Positions 32,368 to 43,109 of a DNA stretch of 64,000 nucleotides are shown piece after piece (position 1 is the first letter of the stretch; each line of letters starts with the position of its first letter). The notes under the pieces are model-generated. The model saw nothing but the letters and a program-made list of their open reading frames with translations. It was not told the origin of the DNA and did not search any database. The stretch lies in NCBI GenBank assembly GCA_000004985.1, contig GG738855.1, one strand, 5' to 3'. The translations under genes and the position numbers were made by a program. The stretch comes from Naegleria gruberi. Taxonomy: Eukaryota.

Positions 32368-33783
32368 ATGCAATCACTCATAACAGACCTGAGAGGTTTC
32401 ATCAAGGAGAGAAAATCAACAGAGGTTCTTCCTGGTAAGTAAAACAACTGTTAGCTCTTATTGAGTATTTGAACAGATCCAACCGAAGTAGAATATGAAT
32501 CAATGATTAATATTGAACATGAAATTAATGAGCAAGTTGTACAACAAGATAAATCATACAAAATAATTCCAAGGTTCTTCTTTCCGAAGGGAGGTCCAAG
32601 TGACAAGGTCCAACAAGCCTTCTCTGAGGCCGTTAAGAGTCAATACCTCACCTTTTGTCAATCAAAACTTTTCACCTCTGAAGAATTGGATAAGGTGTGG
32701 GAGTTTCTATTGGAAAAAGATAAAACTCAAGAGGAAGGAAATGAAAAAATTAACTATACAGGATTTAAGGAAGTGAGAAATCAATTTCCTGAATTCAAAG
32801 CAAAAGAATATTTTAATCAGTCATTATTCTTAAGATTACCAAAAGATGATTTTGGAAGAATTAGTATACCAGTGTTATTTAATCATATATTGAGAAAAGC
32901 AGCACTAGTTCAAAATAGGATTGCATTGATGAAACACGACTCAGACAATGATGGATTTTTAACTGAAAAAGATTTGGAACGATATGTAGATAATTCAATA
33001 GATTATCTCACTGGTTTGCATACAAACCCAATTTTAAAAACAGATAAGAATTTCAGAAAGGTCTATATAGAAACAAGTGTGAGAAAGTTTTTATTTTTCC
33101 ATGCAAACAATAATGGAAAGATTTGCATTGAAGACTTTGTTGGAAGTAAAGAAATGGTTGAGTTTAATGAGCTACAAAATGATGATCTCTCCCAAGAAGA
33201 AGAAATGAACAATTGGTTTTCTATACCCTCTGTTAAGAGTGTCAATGATGCTTTTGTACAATTAGATTTTACAAGAAGTGGACTATTGAGTAAGAATGAG
33301 TTTTCCAAGTTTAACGCAAACTCCTTAACTTCTACTTTCATTAATAGAATGTTCCAAGAGTATGGTCTCAAGAATGGAAAACTTGATTACAAATCTTTTG
33401 TAGACTTCCTTTTAGCGTTTGAAAATAAGAAGACGATTCCGTCAATCAAGTACTTTTTCAAGATTTTAGATAATTCCAAGACTGGAATGATTACACCATT
33501 CGTAATTAATTATTATTTTAGAGATATGTTAAAGAAAATTCGTCAAAATGCAAAATCATCAACTCCTCAAAACTCTCTTGGAGGGGATGAGTTTGAAGAT
33601 CCAGTCAAGACAGCAGATATTGTTTTTGAAATATATTCAATGGTGAAACCAAGTAACAAGAAAGACATATTCCTTGATGATCTCATTAAGAGCTTGGAAG
33701 TTGGCTCCACAGTAATTGGTGTTCTTATAGATGTTCATGAATTTTGGAAATATGAGCAGAGAGAAGAGCAAGGAGGAAGTTAA
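32368..33783 (+). CDS. PPP2R3C: PP2A regulatory subunit B'' (PPP2R3C/G5PR/TON2-like, EF-hand), 2 exons join(32368..32434,32477..33783)
   Basis: Exon 1 (MQSLITDLRGFIKERKSTEVLP) ends G|GTAAGT. The 42-nt intron ends gaacAG. The protein aligns throughout with G5PR/TON2: IIPRFFFP, FGRISIPVLFNHILRKAALVQNRIAL, SVRKFLFFHANNNGKICIEDF, NWFSIPSV, DYKSFVDFLLAFENKKT, IKYFFKILD, VFEIYSMVKP and VIGVLIDVHEFWKYEQRE. Confidence 0.88.
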
Positions 33784-34024
33784 AATGCAACTTGAGACAA
33801 TATTCAAACTGAAAATTTGCTCAACAACAACAAACCTAAGAAAAATCTAGAGTGTAAATATTCGCTTTATAAATAGTGAAAATAAAAACCAAATTCTCTT
33901 CTGAAATTTTCTGTTGTAATCAATGGCATTTGATAGTTTGTTTCTTGTAATAAAATGTAATAAAATCAAATTTTGTGAATGCCTTCCATGTTTGGAACTA
34001 CGACATCAACAAAAAAATCGCTTC

Positions 34025-36594
34025 ATGTCCTCTCAACAAACCTCTTCACATGGAGATGCAACAACAACCGATGATCCTAACGTTTGGCCCATAGCCTGTG
34101 TCTCTTGTAATCGTATCCACAAAAAGGTTAGTTATTTGATTATATGATTTTTAACAACAGTCATAAAAGTGTGGTATGTAGTCAACACAACAAGTAATTA
34201 ATTAATTAAAATTTAGATAAAAAGCTCCCAAGTTGTTCCCGATGTGCACAAAAAGGGATAGTTTGTGAATACAAGGAGCCAGTCTTTAAGAGAAAGACAC
34301 AAATAGTTTCATCATCTGCCGATCCCTTCCTAAGTTTAAATTATCAACAACAACAACAAACTAATAGACCTATCATTTCAATATTCAACTCTCAACAAGA
34401 ATTGGACGAGAGTGCTACACAAATCATTCATTCAATCAAACACAATACAATAGAAGCATACTGTTTAATTGTTTGCAATGGCTCTCCACCTTTCAGACCG
34501 GAGGATTTGTCGAAACTCTTAACTAATGGACAGGAAATTTTAAAAAGAAAGGATATTCTGGCACTAATGATTTCAATTCAAGGTTGTGTGGAATTGATTT
34601 TTGGTATGTACAAATCCTTGAAAATAGTTTTGTAATTTACAAAAATCAATATTAAAGGATTTTCGGATTTGGCAGAAGAATCTTTCAACAAGGCAAGAAA
34701 TTTAATCATGCATTATTTTGATGATTTTGAAAATCCACTTGCTGCCTGTACATATACACATATTGCTCTTTTTAATGCAACTATTGGTAAAACATGCAAA
34801 GCAAGAGGATATCTTCATTTATGTGAACAATATTTAGTGAACTGGAAACAAAGAAATCCAAATGCTGTCATGACAACTGATCAACCATTTGTTGAAAATG
34901 CAGGAGGATATGGGATTACAATGAATATTCCAAATCTGAGAGTTCAGAACATGGTTGTTGAATTAATTTCTTGTGAAACTCATCCCGTTCCAGACATTAA
35001 AACTTTGGAGAGAATATCTATGGATATCCTTGGCTGTAGTCTGCCCGATCAGTTGAAAGATTTTTTCAAAACTCACCAATTTACAACCAGTAACCTAAAC
35101 CCATCTAATATTGACGAAACTTTACGAGCATTTGAAGTATTTGTAGGGTTGCTCCATTACTCAGTTAGACCAACATTTAGATCAGAGTTTTCAGTCAAGA
35201 TCCACCACATGAATTTTCTGGTTTTGGTGAATGGGTTACGAATTTTATATCTTTTAATTTCTGGTTGTGATATTTCCACAGCATATAATACAATGAATGC
35301 GGAAAATATTGAACAAGTACAATTATTGGAATATGCTGCTCTCACTATTAGCAAACTGACAGAGGATGAATTATTTGTATTCATTTGTCCATATCTTATT
35401 TCATTCTTATTGGTTGCTGTGAGAACAAACTTGGAAATATGTAAGTTATGAATTAATAGTTTATAATATTCATTTAAAATAGGTAAAATGATTGAGAGAG
35501 GTGAAAGAGAAAATTTAAAACCTATACCACCTAAAAAGGAGAGAATCAGTCTACCAAATGTGATAAAACACTACGAAGAAAATGAGCTCGTTGATTACTA
35601 CTCTGTTGTGGAAAAGGATCTGAGAGCTCTACAAGTAATGAGTAAGAGATATAGATACATTGCTCCATACACAAAGGAACTTGAGGAATTTTTGGGAAGT
35701 CTATCTGAAAGACAAAACAAAATCAATCAACAGCAACAATTTTGGTCAATTATGGGACAACAACCATTTATTGAAGAACCATCCTACATGATTAATGGAA
35801 ATGGTGAAATTATTTATATTCCAAATCAACAGCTTCAGAGGCAAGGTACTGAAACAAACAAAATGAATCGGGTGGGCTCATTTTACAATGCAATGAAAGA
35901 CTTTTTGCTGAAATTCAATAATAGAATAGAAGATGCTTTTGAAAATAAGAGTAGTCAATCACCAACTCTTTCAATGACCAGCTCAAACTCCTCCTCATCT
36001 GGGTCATCACAAGGCAATTTTAAGCACTATCTGGAGACTAAACTTAACGAAATTAATGTGCAATCTCTTTCAGACTTGGAGCTATTACTCTCTCACATAT
36101 CAGCCCAACATCAACAGCCAATTCTCTCCAATAACACACCAAACATGGCACCACCAACCTCTTCAAACAACAACATTAATAGTAACATCAATAGCAACAA
36201 TACTATGACAAATAACCTCCATACCAATATTCAACCTCAAAATATTCCATCCATGACCAATAATTCCAATACCCTTCCAATCCAAACCACACCTCATAAT
36301 CCTGTTCTCAATTCTATGCAATACCCAAATAATATGATTTTTGCCAATAATCAAATGGTGCATCAACCAAATAATTATCATCACAACATGCCAAACAATT
36401 CTCTTTCAAACCATTCCACCATTCCTCATCAGCAACAACAACATTTCCAAATGAATCCTTCCCATCATCAACCTCAATTACAATACTTTGACCCACTCAT
36501 GGTTCACCAAGATGGATTTGATGTTTTGGAACTTTATTTGAGACAGCAACAAGATGAAGCTACAATACAACAACAATCCAATCTGAGATTTTAA
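34025..36594 (+). CDS. GAL4-type Zn2Cys6 transcription factor with fungal-type middle-homology region and long N/Q/S-rich C-terminus; about 4 exons join(34025..34126,34225..34603,34657..35440,35483..36594)
   Basis: CVSCNRIHKK|LPSCSRCAQKGIVCEY matches CxxCx6[C]x5CxxCx6C, except that the third Cys falls at the exon junction and reads Leu under both candidate splices. Introns are GTTAGT..AG, G|GTATGT..aaAG and T|GTAAGT..atAG. Four track ORFs (33923.., 34402.., 34669.., 35488..) join in frame; TTG 'starts' in the track confirm that they are internal. Confidence 0.55.
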
Positions 36595-36763
36595 ATTCAA
36601 ACACCAATTCCTCCTCATCACCACCACATCAGTACCCTACATTGCCAATCAGCAAGGTTAAATACGCATATGTGAAACCTTCAACAATAATAAATTTATT
36701 GTAAACTTGATGCTATTTCAAAGCTTTATTCGGGCTTGATGCAGATTAATAAAATAGAAAAAA

Positions 36764-37729
36764 ATGCTCTCACACACCAATAAGAAAACTCTCATCTCCG
36801 TCTCTCAACATGTCGTCAGAAACATGTCCAGTAGTACCACTACTCATACACTCCCAACCAAATTTTCCGTGATTGGTGCTGGTCAAATGGGTACTGGTAT
36901 TGCTGTTGTTGCAGCCATGAATGCCAAGGTTCCATCTGTAAATATTCACGATGTCTTTCCATCAAGTATTGAAAAATCAAAGAAATTTATTGAATCACTC
37001 TTGGATAAATATGTTCAAAAGGGAACATTGACTCAACAAGAAAAGGAAATTATTCTTGGAGAACGTTTGTCATTCTCATCAGGAACTGATCTTTCTCCTA
37101 TGGCTGATAGTCAATTTGTTGTTGAAGCTGCCACTGAAAATACTGACTTGAAATTGGGTTTGTTCAAGGATCTTTCCGAACTTGTTCACTCCAAGCCATC
37201 ATCATCTCCAACAATTCTTGCTACTAATACTTCATCTATTTCTATCACAAAGATTGCTGCTGTTGCTAAGGATCCAACAACTATTATTGGTATGCACTTT
37301 ATGAATCCTGTTCCAGTTATGAAACTTGTTGAATTGATTAGAGGTTTGCAAACATCAGATGCTACCTATGAACGTACTGTTCAATTGGCAGAAGCAATGC
37401 AAAAGACTTGCACTCTTTCTATCAAGGATTCTCCTGGCTTTATTGCTAATCGTATTTTGATGCCTTATATTAATGAAGCTGTCAATGTTTTGCATGAAGG
37501 AATTGCCACTAAGGAAGATATTGATAAGACTATGAAATTGGGTACTAATGTTCCAATGGGTCCATTGACTTTGGCTGATTTTATTGGATTGGATACTTGT
37601 TTGGCTATCATGAGAGTTTTGTACACTGAATTTGCTGATTCTAAATACAGACCTTCTCCATTGTTGGTCAAGATGGTTGAAGCTGGTTGGTTAGGTAAGA
37701 AGACTGGTAGAGGTTTCTACACTTATTAA
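36764..37729 (+). CDS. HADH: 3-hydroxyacyl-CoA dehydrogenase (short-chain, mitochondrial, HADH/HBD type)
   Basis: Presequence-like N-terminus. NAD-binding VIGAGQMGTGIA. Full-length similarity to the 3HCDH N and C domains (FMNPVPVMKLVELIRG, SPGFIANRILMPYINEA, GPLTLADFIGLDT). Confidence 0.9.
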   Translation: MLSHTNKKTLISVSQHVVRNMSSSTTTHTLPTKFSVIGAGQMGTGIAVVAAMNAKVPSVNIHDVFPSSIEKSKKFIESLLDKYVQKGTLTQQEKEIILGERLSFSSGTDLSPMADSQFVVEAATENTDLKLGLFKDLSELVHSKPSSSPTILATNTSSISITKIAAVAKDPTTIIGMHFMNPVPVMKLVELIRGLQTSDATYERTVQLAEAMQKTCTLSIKDSPGFIANRILMPYINEAVNVLHEGIATKEDIDKTMKLGTNVPMGPLTLADFIGLDTCLAIMRVLYTEFADSKYRPSPLLVKMVEAGWLGKKTGRGFYTY

Positions 37730-37921
37730 TGGGTTATTTTCAGTAATTAAATTTTGTTTGAGTTTATTCTAAACTGTTGCTTGTAGTTTCTTCTTCTGGT
37801 TGTCATGTTGAACAATCTTCTCTGAATTATCAATATTTCAAACTATTCCATCTACAATGAATTTATCATCATTAAAATAGGCTGGTAAATATTCTCATTA
37901 TTATTTACCACTCCATACTAT

Positions 37922-38737
37922 TTATCCATCATTATGATATAAATCCATTTCAAACTCGTTGCCAATATCTGTAATTTTTGATTCTTTTGAAAGTGACTCA
38001 TTTAAGTCATCTTCATCAGATTCAGATGAAGAATCTATTGATGTTGAAACTGATAATTTCCTCTTCTTTGGATTAAATGAAAAGATATCACAATCCTTCA
38101 ATGGTTCAATAATAGCCTTTCTATTTGACAATATCAATGATTGATATTTAACATGATATTCATCATCCTCTCCTTCCTCCAATAAAGCATCATGCTCATG
38201 AATAGTATTGTCATCTCGCAAAAGAGTAAAATCCCACTTTAATTTGTTTTCAATATTATTAACATTCCAATCTGTTGGTCTTATAGGAAGTAGATAGGGA
38301 TCAACTAATTTTGGTTGTTTGGGAATGTCAATCCTAGAAATATTTCTCATTTGAGGTTTTAAATATTGTGATGAAATCAAATTCAATTCATCCAATAAAT
38401 CACTATAAAATTCATCCAATACCGAATAATATTGTAACAGAAATTTATACTCATCGTGTGATTGTTTTTTCAATAATCTAAAATACTGAAATATTTCCTT
38501 CATTCTTTCTTTAATGACAATTATAAAATGTCTCGTTTCAATCGAATTATTTCGATGAGCCATAAATATTTTGTAAATTTCCTTATTTCTCTTTGAAAGC
38601 CAAGGTTTTTGAATACATAAATCAATGGCAAATTGTTCTCCAATCCCACATTTGACTATCAAACATACCCGTCCACGACACAATCGACAAAGTGGGCAAA
38701 TATGTGTTAGATGCAATCTTTCCAATCCATAACTCAT
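37922..38737 (-). CDS. Hypothetical protein with N-terminal Cys cluster and acidic/Ser-rich C-terminus
   Basis: A 271-aa ORF. CPLCRLCRGRVCLIVKCG...C near the N-terminus. C-terminal SSSESDEDD. No family recognised. Confidence 0.4.
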   Translation of the reverse strand: MSYGLERLHLTHICPLCRLCRGRVCLIVKCGIGEQFAIDLCIQKPWLSKRNKEIYKIFMAHRNNSIETRHFIIVIKERMKEIFQYFRLLKKQSHDEYKFLLQYYSVLDEFYSDLLDELNLISSQYLKPQMRNISRIDIPKQPKLVDPYLLPIRPTDWNVNNIENKLKWDFTLLRDDNTIHEHDALLEEGEDDEYHVKYQSLILSNRKAIIEPLKDCDIFSFNPKKRKLSVSTSIDSSSESDEDDLNESLSKESKITDIGNEFEMDLYHNDG

Positions 38738-38944
38738 TTTTTTTTAAATATAATATTTTACAATCATAAATAGTGTGCTATCTTGAGTAAATAGTATTAA
38801 TATAATGTTTCTCTTCATTAAAACCTGAACACAAAGATGTTTGTATTCTCAATCCGATGATCATCTAGGCACAATTTACCAACTAGGTTGAACAATAAAA
38901 ATAAATTTTAAAAAAAACAATCAAAAAAATTCTCTCCATCAAAA

Positions 38945-41900
38945 ATGAGTGATAACACAAGCACAGCCGTCATTGATATTCCCACTGCGGACGGCTATGA
39001 TGTTGCTGTCGATTTGATGAATGATGAGTACGATGATATTAAAAATTTACTTGTTGATGAAAAGGTGCCTTTGGAATATTATTTAAAAACAGCTATATTG
39101 TATCACAACATTGACAAGACGGATCATTTTAACAAGCTTTTAAATCTTGTTATTGAAGATTCTGAAGTAGAAGATAAATATTATCAGGATAATCCAAAGC
39201 CTTTGCTTGATGCTAGAACAGATGCCCTAAATATTCTTGTTGGTCATCTGATCGAACAATACAACAAGGTTAGAATTCATCAATTTGATAATGAAAGACA
39301 AGCTATGGAGGATATTTGTGATAACAAAAGGGAAGAACTCTTGAATGACATTAACAAATTGTTAGGTAAAGCCGAACAATTTAATCCTTCCAAATTGTCA
39401 AATTTCTATTCTCGTGGTGTCCTTCACCTTAATCTAGGAGCTTTGGACAAGGCAGAAAGTTCATTTGACTATATTATCACTGTAGATAAGGATAACATAT
39501 TATCAAAACTAGGAATGGCTTGCATCAAATATCACAAAAAACAATATAAGGAGGCTTTGAGTGAATTTGAACAGTGTTTATTGATGAACCCTCAAGGACC
39601 TGCAGATATTAGACTTGGTATGGGTCTTTGTCACTATCAATTGGATAATTTTGAAAGAGCAAAACAATGTTTTGAACGTGTTTTGCAGCTAGATCCTAAC
39701 AATGTGTCAGCACTCATTTACTTGGCAATTATTGACTTGAATTCTAGGGATGAGGAACTCTTACAAAATGCTGTCAAAAATTATTTGAAGAGAGCCTACT
39801 CATTAGATCCTGGTAATTCTCAAGTTTTGAATCTGTTAGGTAATCACTTTTTCTTTAGAAGAGAAGTTGACAAGACAGAAGAGCTTGTATTTGCAGCTTT
39901 CCATAATACTAAATCTCCTAAAATCAAAGCCGAAAGTTGTTATAATATGGCTAGAGCATATCATCATAAGAAGGATTATGACTCTGCATTCAAGTATTAT
40001 TATCGTATTGTCTCAAGGTTATGGCCAGAATATACTTTGGCAAGATATGGTTTGGGTCAATTGTACATTCAAAGAAACGAAATCGATAAGGCTGTCGAAG
40101 AATTCGAGCAAATTTTAAAGGTTGATCCTGAAAATTTGGAAACAAATTTAGCATTAGGAAATTTATATGCTAGAAAGAGAGATTCCAAGAAGAGTCTTGC
40201 ATACTTGAAGAAGGTCTTGAAGAAGGATCCAGAAAATATTAATGCATTGCTCCGAATTGGAGAACATGAAAGACATCAAATTCAACTTGCTTTGGATAGT
40301 TTGAAAGAAGCTCTTACCATCATTGAAGAGGGAGAAACAGAGCTTGTAGTAACACATGAATTATACAATAATATTGCTGTACATTATTACAAATTGGGAA
40401 AGAACACTGAATCTGAGGAGTATTTTAAGAAAGCTCTCTCGTTAGCTGAATGTAATGTTATGGACAATCTTGACGACTTGCATCAAGCCATTGAAGTTAA
40501 ACATTTATCATTGGTCTATAACTTTGCTCGTTTCAAAGAAGTATCCAAATCATTGGACGATGCCCAAAAGTTATACTTGAAGATTGTAGCTCAACATCCA
40601 AGTTATATCAATGCATATCTCAGACTGGGAAAGATTCAACAAAAGAATGGTAATCATGAAAAGGCTATTCATTTCTGCAAGTTGGCAACCTCTCTGGAAC
40701 CAAATAATGCTGCTACTTGGGCATTCCTAGGTCAAACTTATCTTGAGCAAAATAACTATACAGAAGCTCAAAAGGCATTTGAATATATCACTCAAAATAT
40801 TGACAAGAATGACATTTACGCATTATTGGGAATGGGTAATGTCTATTTCAAATCTCTCAGAACTGCAAAGCCGAATCCAGACGAAAAGGAACAAGAAAGA
40901 ATTGAAAAGCATTTGGATTATGCTCTTTTATTCTTTGAAAAGACTCTTAAACTTGACAATAGTAACATGTATGCAGCACTCAACAGTGGTTGTGTTTTGT
41001 GTGAAAATGGTTACACAGAAGAAGGTAAAGCTTTAATCTCGAGAGTAAGAGAAATTTGCGTTGGAGATGACATGAAGGATACTCCTGAGACATACATCAA
41101 CTTGGGACATTTGGCCATGATTCAAAAACAATTTTCTCAGGCTGAAAAGCTCTATTCTACTTGTTCTAAACGTTTCTTCAATGATGAAAATCCTATGGTG
41201 TTGGCCTATTTGGCCAAATCCTTGTTTGATAACAACAAACACGAAGAGTCACTCAATATCCTCAAGAAAATTCAAGAACAAGATGCTACCAATCTTACAA
41301 TCAAGTATAACATTGCCTTGGCCTTCTATGAAAAACTAGTTGCAACCTTGAATGATTCCAACAAGGATTTGACAAAGGTACAAATTTTAGAAGATCAAAA
41401 CCAAACTATAATTAATTTATTCTCTGAAATTGCAGAAAATACCAACTCAAAGAAGAATAGTTGTGAATTCTCTCTCGATGAAAAAATTGTTGTTCACAAG
41501 GCTAAGGACTTTATAACTGTGCTCGAAACAAAGATTAAAGAAAAGATTGAGAAATATAGAGAAAAGGCAGAAAAGGAAGAATTGGCCAGACATGAACTCA
41601 AGAAGAAACAAGAAGATGCCTTCAAGATTATTGAAGAACAAACCAAGAAACAACTGGAAGATCAAGAAGAATTGAGAAGAGTTAAGGAAGAAAAACTCAG
41701 AGAAACATTCGGTAGACTCGAATCTATCAAGGCCAATCTGAAAACAACTGCTTTCGAAGAGGATGAAGATGAAGAAAAGAAAACTAAGAAGAGAAAGAAG
41801 ACTCAAGACTACGATGACGATTTACAAGCAGAAAACAATGAAAATACAGAGCAACAAGAAGCTCCAGCCAAGAAGAAGAGAAAACCAAAAGAACCTAAGA

Positions 41901-42139
41901 AGAATAAGGAAAAGAAAGACAAGAAGGAAACCAAGAAAAATTCACGTCTCAAAAAGAATGCAAAGGCAACTGAAGAAGAGGAAAGAGATGAATTCGATGT
42001 TGATGACGTTCCACAATCATCATCTGCCAGAGTTATCAATGACGAAAATGAAAATGATAATGAAGAAGATGAATACAATGAGGAAGGCCCATCTCGTGCC
42101 ACTGATGAAGGTGAAGAAGAATTTGCATTCGATGAGTAA
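38945..42139 (+). CDS. CTR9: CTR9 (Paf1 complex TPR subunit)
   Basis: A 1064-aa single ORF. The TPR array is collinear with CTR9 (PADIRLGMGLCHYQL, NSQVLNLLGNHFFF, AESCYNMARAYHHKKDYDSAFKYYY, ARYGLGQLYIQRNE). The C-terminal third is K/E/R-rich, which is typical. Confidence 0.93.
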   Translation: MSDNTSTAVIDIPTADGYDVAVDLMNDEYDDIKNLLVDEKVPLEYYLKTAILYHNIDKTDHFNKLLNLVIEDSEVEDKYYQDNPKPLLDARTDALNILVGHLIEQYNKVRIHQFDNERQAMEDICDNKREELLNDINKLLGKAEQFNPSKLSNFYSRGVLHLNLGALDKAESSFDYIITVDKDNILSKLGMACIKYHKKQYKEALSEFEQCLLMNPQGPADIRLGMGLCHYQLDNFERAKQCFERVLQLDPNNVSALIYLAIIDLNSRDEELLQNAVKNYLKRAYSLDPGNSQVLNLLGNHFFFRREVDKTEELVFAAFHNTKSPKIKAESCYNMARAYHHKKDYDSAFKYYYRIVSRLWPEYTLARYGLGQLYIQRNEIDKAVEEFEQILKVDPENLETNLALGNLYARKRDSKKSLAYLKKVLKKDPENINALLRIGEHERHQIQLALDSLKEALTIIEEGETELVVTHELYNNIAVHYYKLGKNTESEEYFKKALSLAECNVMDNLDDLHQAIEVKHLSLVYNFARFKEVSKSLDDAQKLYLKIVAQHPSYINAYLRLGKIQQKNGNHEKAIHFCKLATSLEPNNAATWAFLGQTYLEQNNYTEAQKAFEYITQNIDKNDIYALLGMGNVYFKSLRTAKPNPDEKEQERIEKHLDYALLFFEKTLKLDNSNMYAALNSGCVLCENGYTEEGKALISRVREICVGDDMKDTPETYINLGHLAMIQKQFSQAEKLYSTCSKRFFNDENPMVLAYLAKSLFDNNKHEESLNILKKIQEQDATNLTIKYNIALAFYEKLVATLNDSNKDLTKVQILEDQNQTIINLFSEIAENTNSKKNSCEFSLDEKIVVHKAKDFITVLETKIKEKIEKYREKAEKEELARHELKKKQEDAFKIIEEQTKKQLEDQEELRRVKEEKLRETFGRLESIKANLKTTAFEEDEDEEKKTKKRKKTQDYDDDLQAENNENTEQQEAPAKKKRKPKEPKKNKEKKDKKETKKNSRLKKNAKATEEEERDEFDVDDVPQSSSARVINDENENDNEEDEYNEEGPSRATDEGEEEFAFDE

Positions 42140-42146
42140 ATCTTTA

Positions 42147-42998
42147 TTAATTTTCTTTTTTTGGTTTCTTGATTCTGCCAGCCCTTTCCAAAGAACCATC
42201 CATTAAATAGAAAGCTGGAAGAAATGCATCATCTGGTTGTCTCAAAGCTTCATTTCTCAGAGTATCATTAACACTACCAAGTGAAGTGTAACCCAAATCG
42301 TACAATGAACAATATGGTATCGATAGGTCAAGAATAAAATTCCACACATCCTGATAATCCCAGTCCAATATTGGTGATACTCTCATCATCTCAGGCCAAC
42401 CAGCAGATGTCTTTTCAAAAACACCAATAAATTGTCCATCGGGATCTATTTTTCTTGTACCCATAAAAACAGCATCAAGTTTAGTGGGTGATGTTTCGAT
42501 TAAAACTTCTAATCCTCTCTTGAATCCCAGAGTGGCATCTATTAACTTCAAGTCCACTTCGTACTGTTTGCTTGATTCTTCCAAGAATGTGTCCATCTCG
42601 GGAAATTGGTGTGGTATTGTAAAGTGGAAGAAGAGACAATGTTTGTTTAGAGTCTGAATTAAATGTGTGCTATTGGCAGCTGTTGATTGTCTCGAAATTA
42701 ATGCAATCAATACTAAATTTACAATAACAATAGAATCCTTTCCTCCATTAAATCCTAAAGCAATTGGTGTTGTATATTCATCCAAAGTTTTCAAAATGAC
42801 TTCTACAGATAGTTTAACTTTTTCCAACAATTCTGGATGTTTCTCTGAAAGTGTTGTTGTGTAATAGGTAATAGGATCTTCTCTTTCAAACCAAATCTTT
42901 GGTTTTTCTCCTTCCGAAGATGATGATGACATTCCTATCATATTAATGTACAAGTATTTTAATTCAATTTTTTTTGGTTTTTTTATTAAAATCTCCAT
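42147..42998 (-). CDS. FAD1: FAD synthase / FMN adenylyltransferase (Fad1, PAPS-reductase-like)
   Basis: PIALGFNGGKDS PP-loop, MRVSPILDWDYQDVWNFIL and C-terminal FYLMDGSLERAGRIKK (compare yeast Fad1 GWYLVDDTLERAGRIKN). The start may be the internal Met (MIGMSSSS). Confidence 0.85.
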   Translation of the reverse strand: MEILIKKPKKIELKYLYINMIGMSSSSSEGEKPKIWFEREDPITYYTTTLSEKHPELLEKVKLSVEVILKTLDEYTTPIALGFNGGKDSIVIVNLVLIALISRQSTAANSTHLIQTLNKHCLFFHFTIPHQFPEMDTFLEESSKQYEVDLKLIDATLGFKRGLEVLIETSPTKLDAVFMGTRKIDPDGQFIGVFEKTSAGWPEMMRVSPILDWDYQDVWNFILDLSIPYCSLYDLGYTSLGSVNDTLRNEALRQPDDAFLPAFYLMDGSLERAGRIKKPKKEN

Positions 42999-43109
42999 CC
43001 GAACGTACCACCTCCGCGCAGGTAGTGCTAGCTCTATTCAATTGTTCAACATTACTGTTTAGCTGATATACAGCTTAATAAGTGGCATTCAAAGTTTAGG
43101 AGAATTTGT

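Noticed and set aside
41763-42206. K/R-rich ORF 41763..42206(+), and 41447..41806(-) and 41809..42102(-)
   Set aside because: Frame-shifted or antisense readings of the CTR9 charged C-terminal tail.
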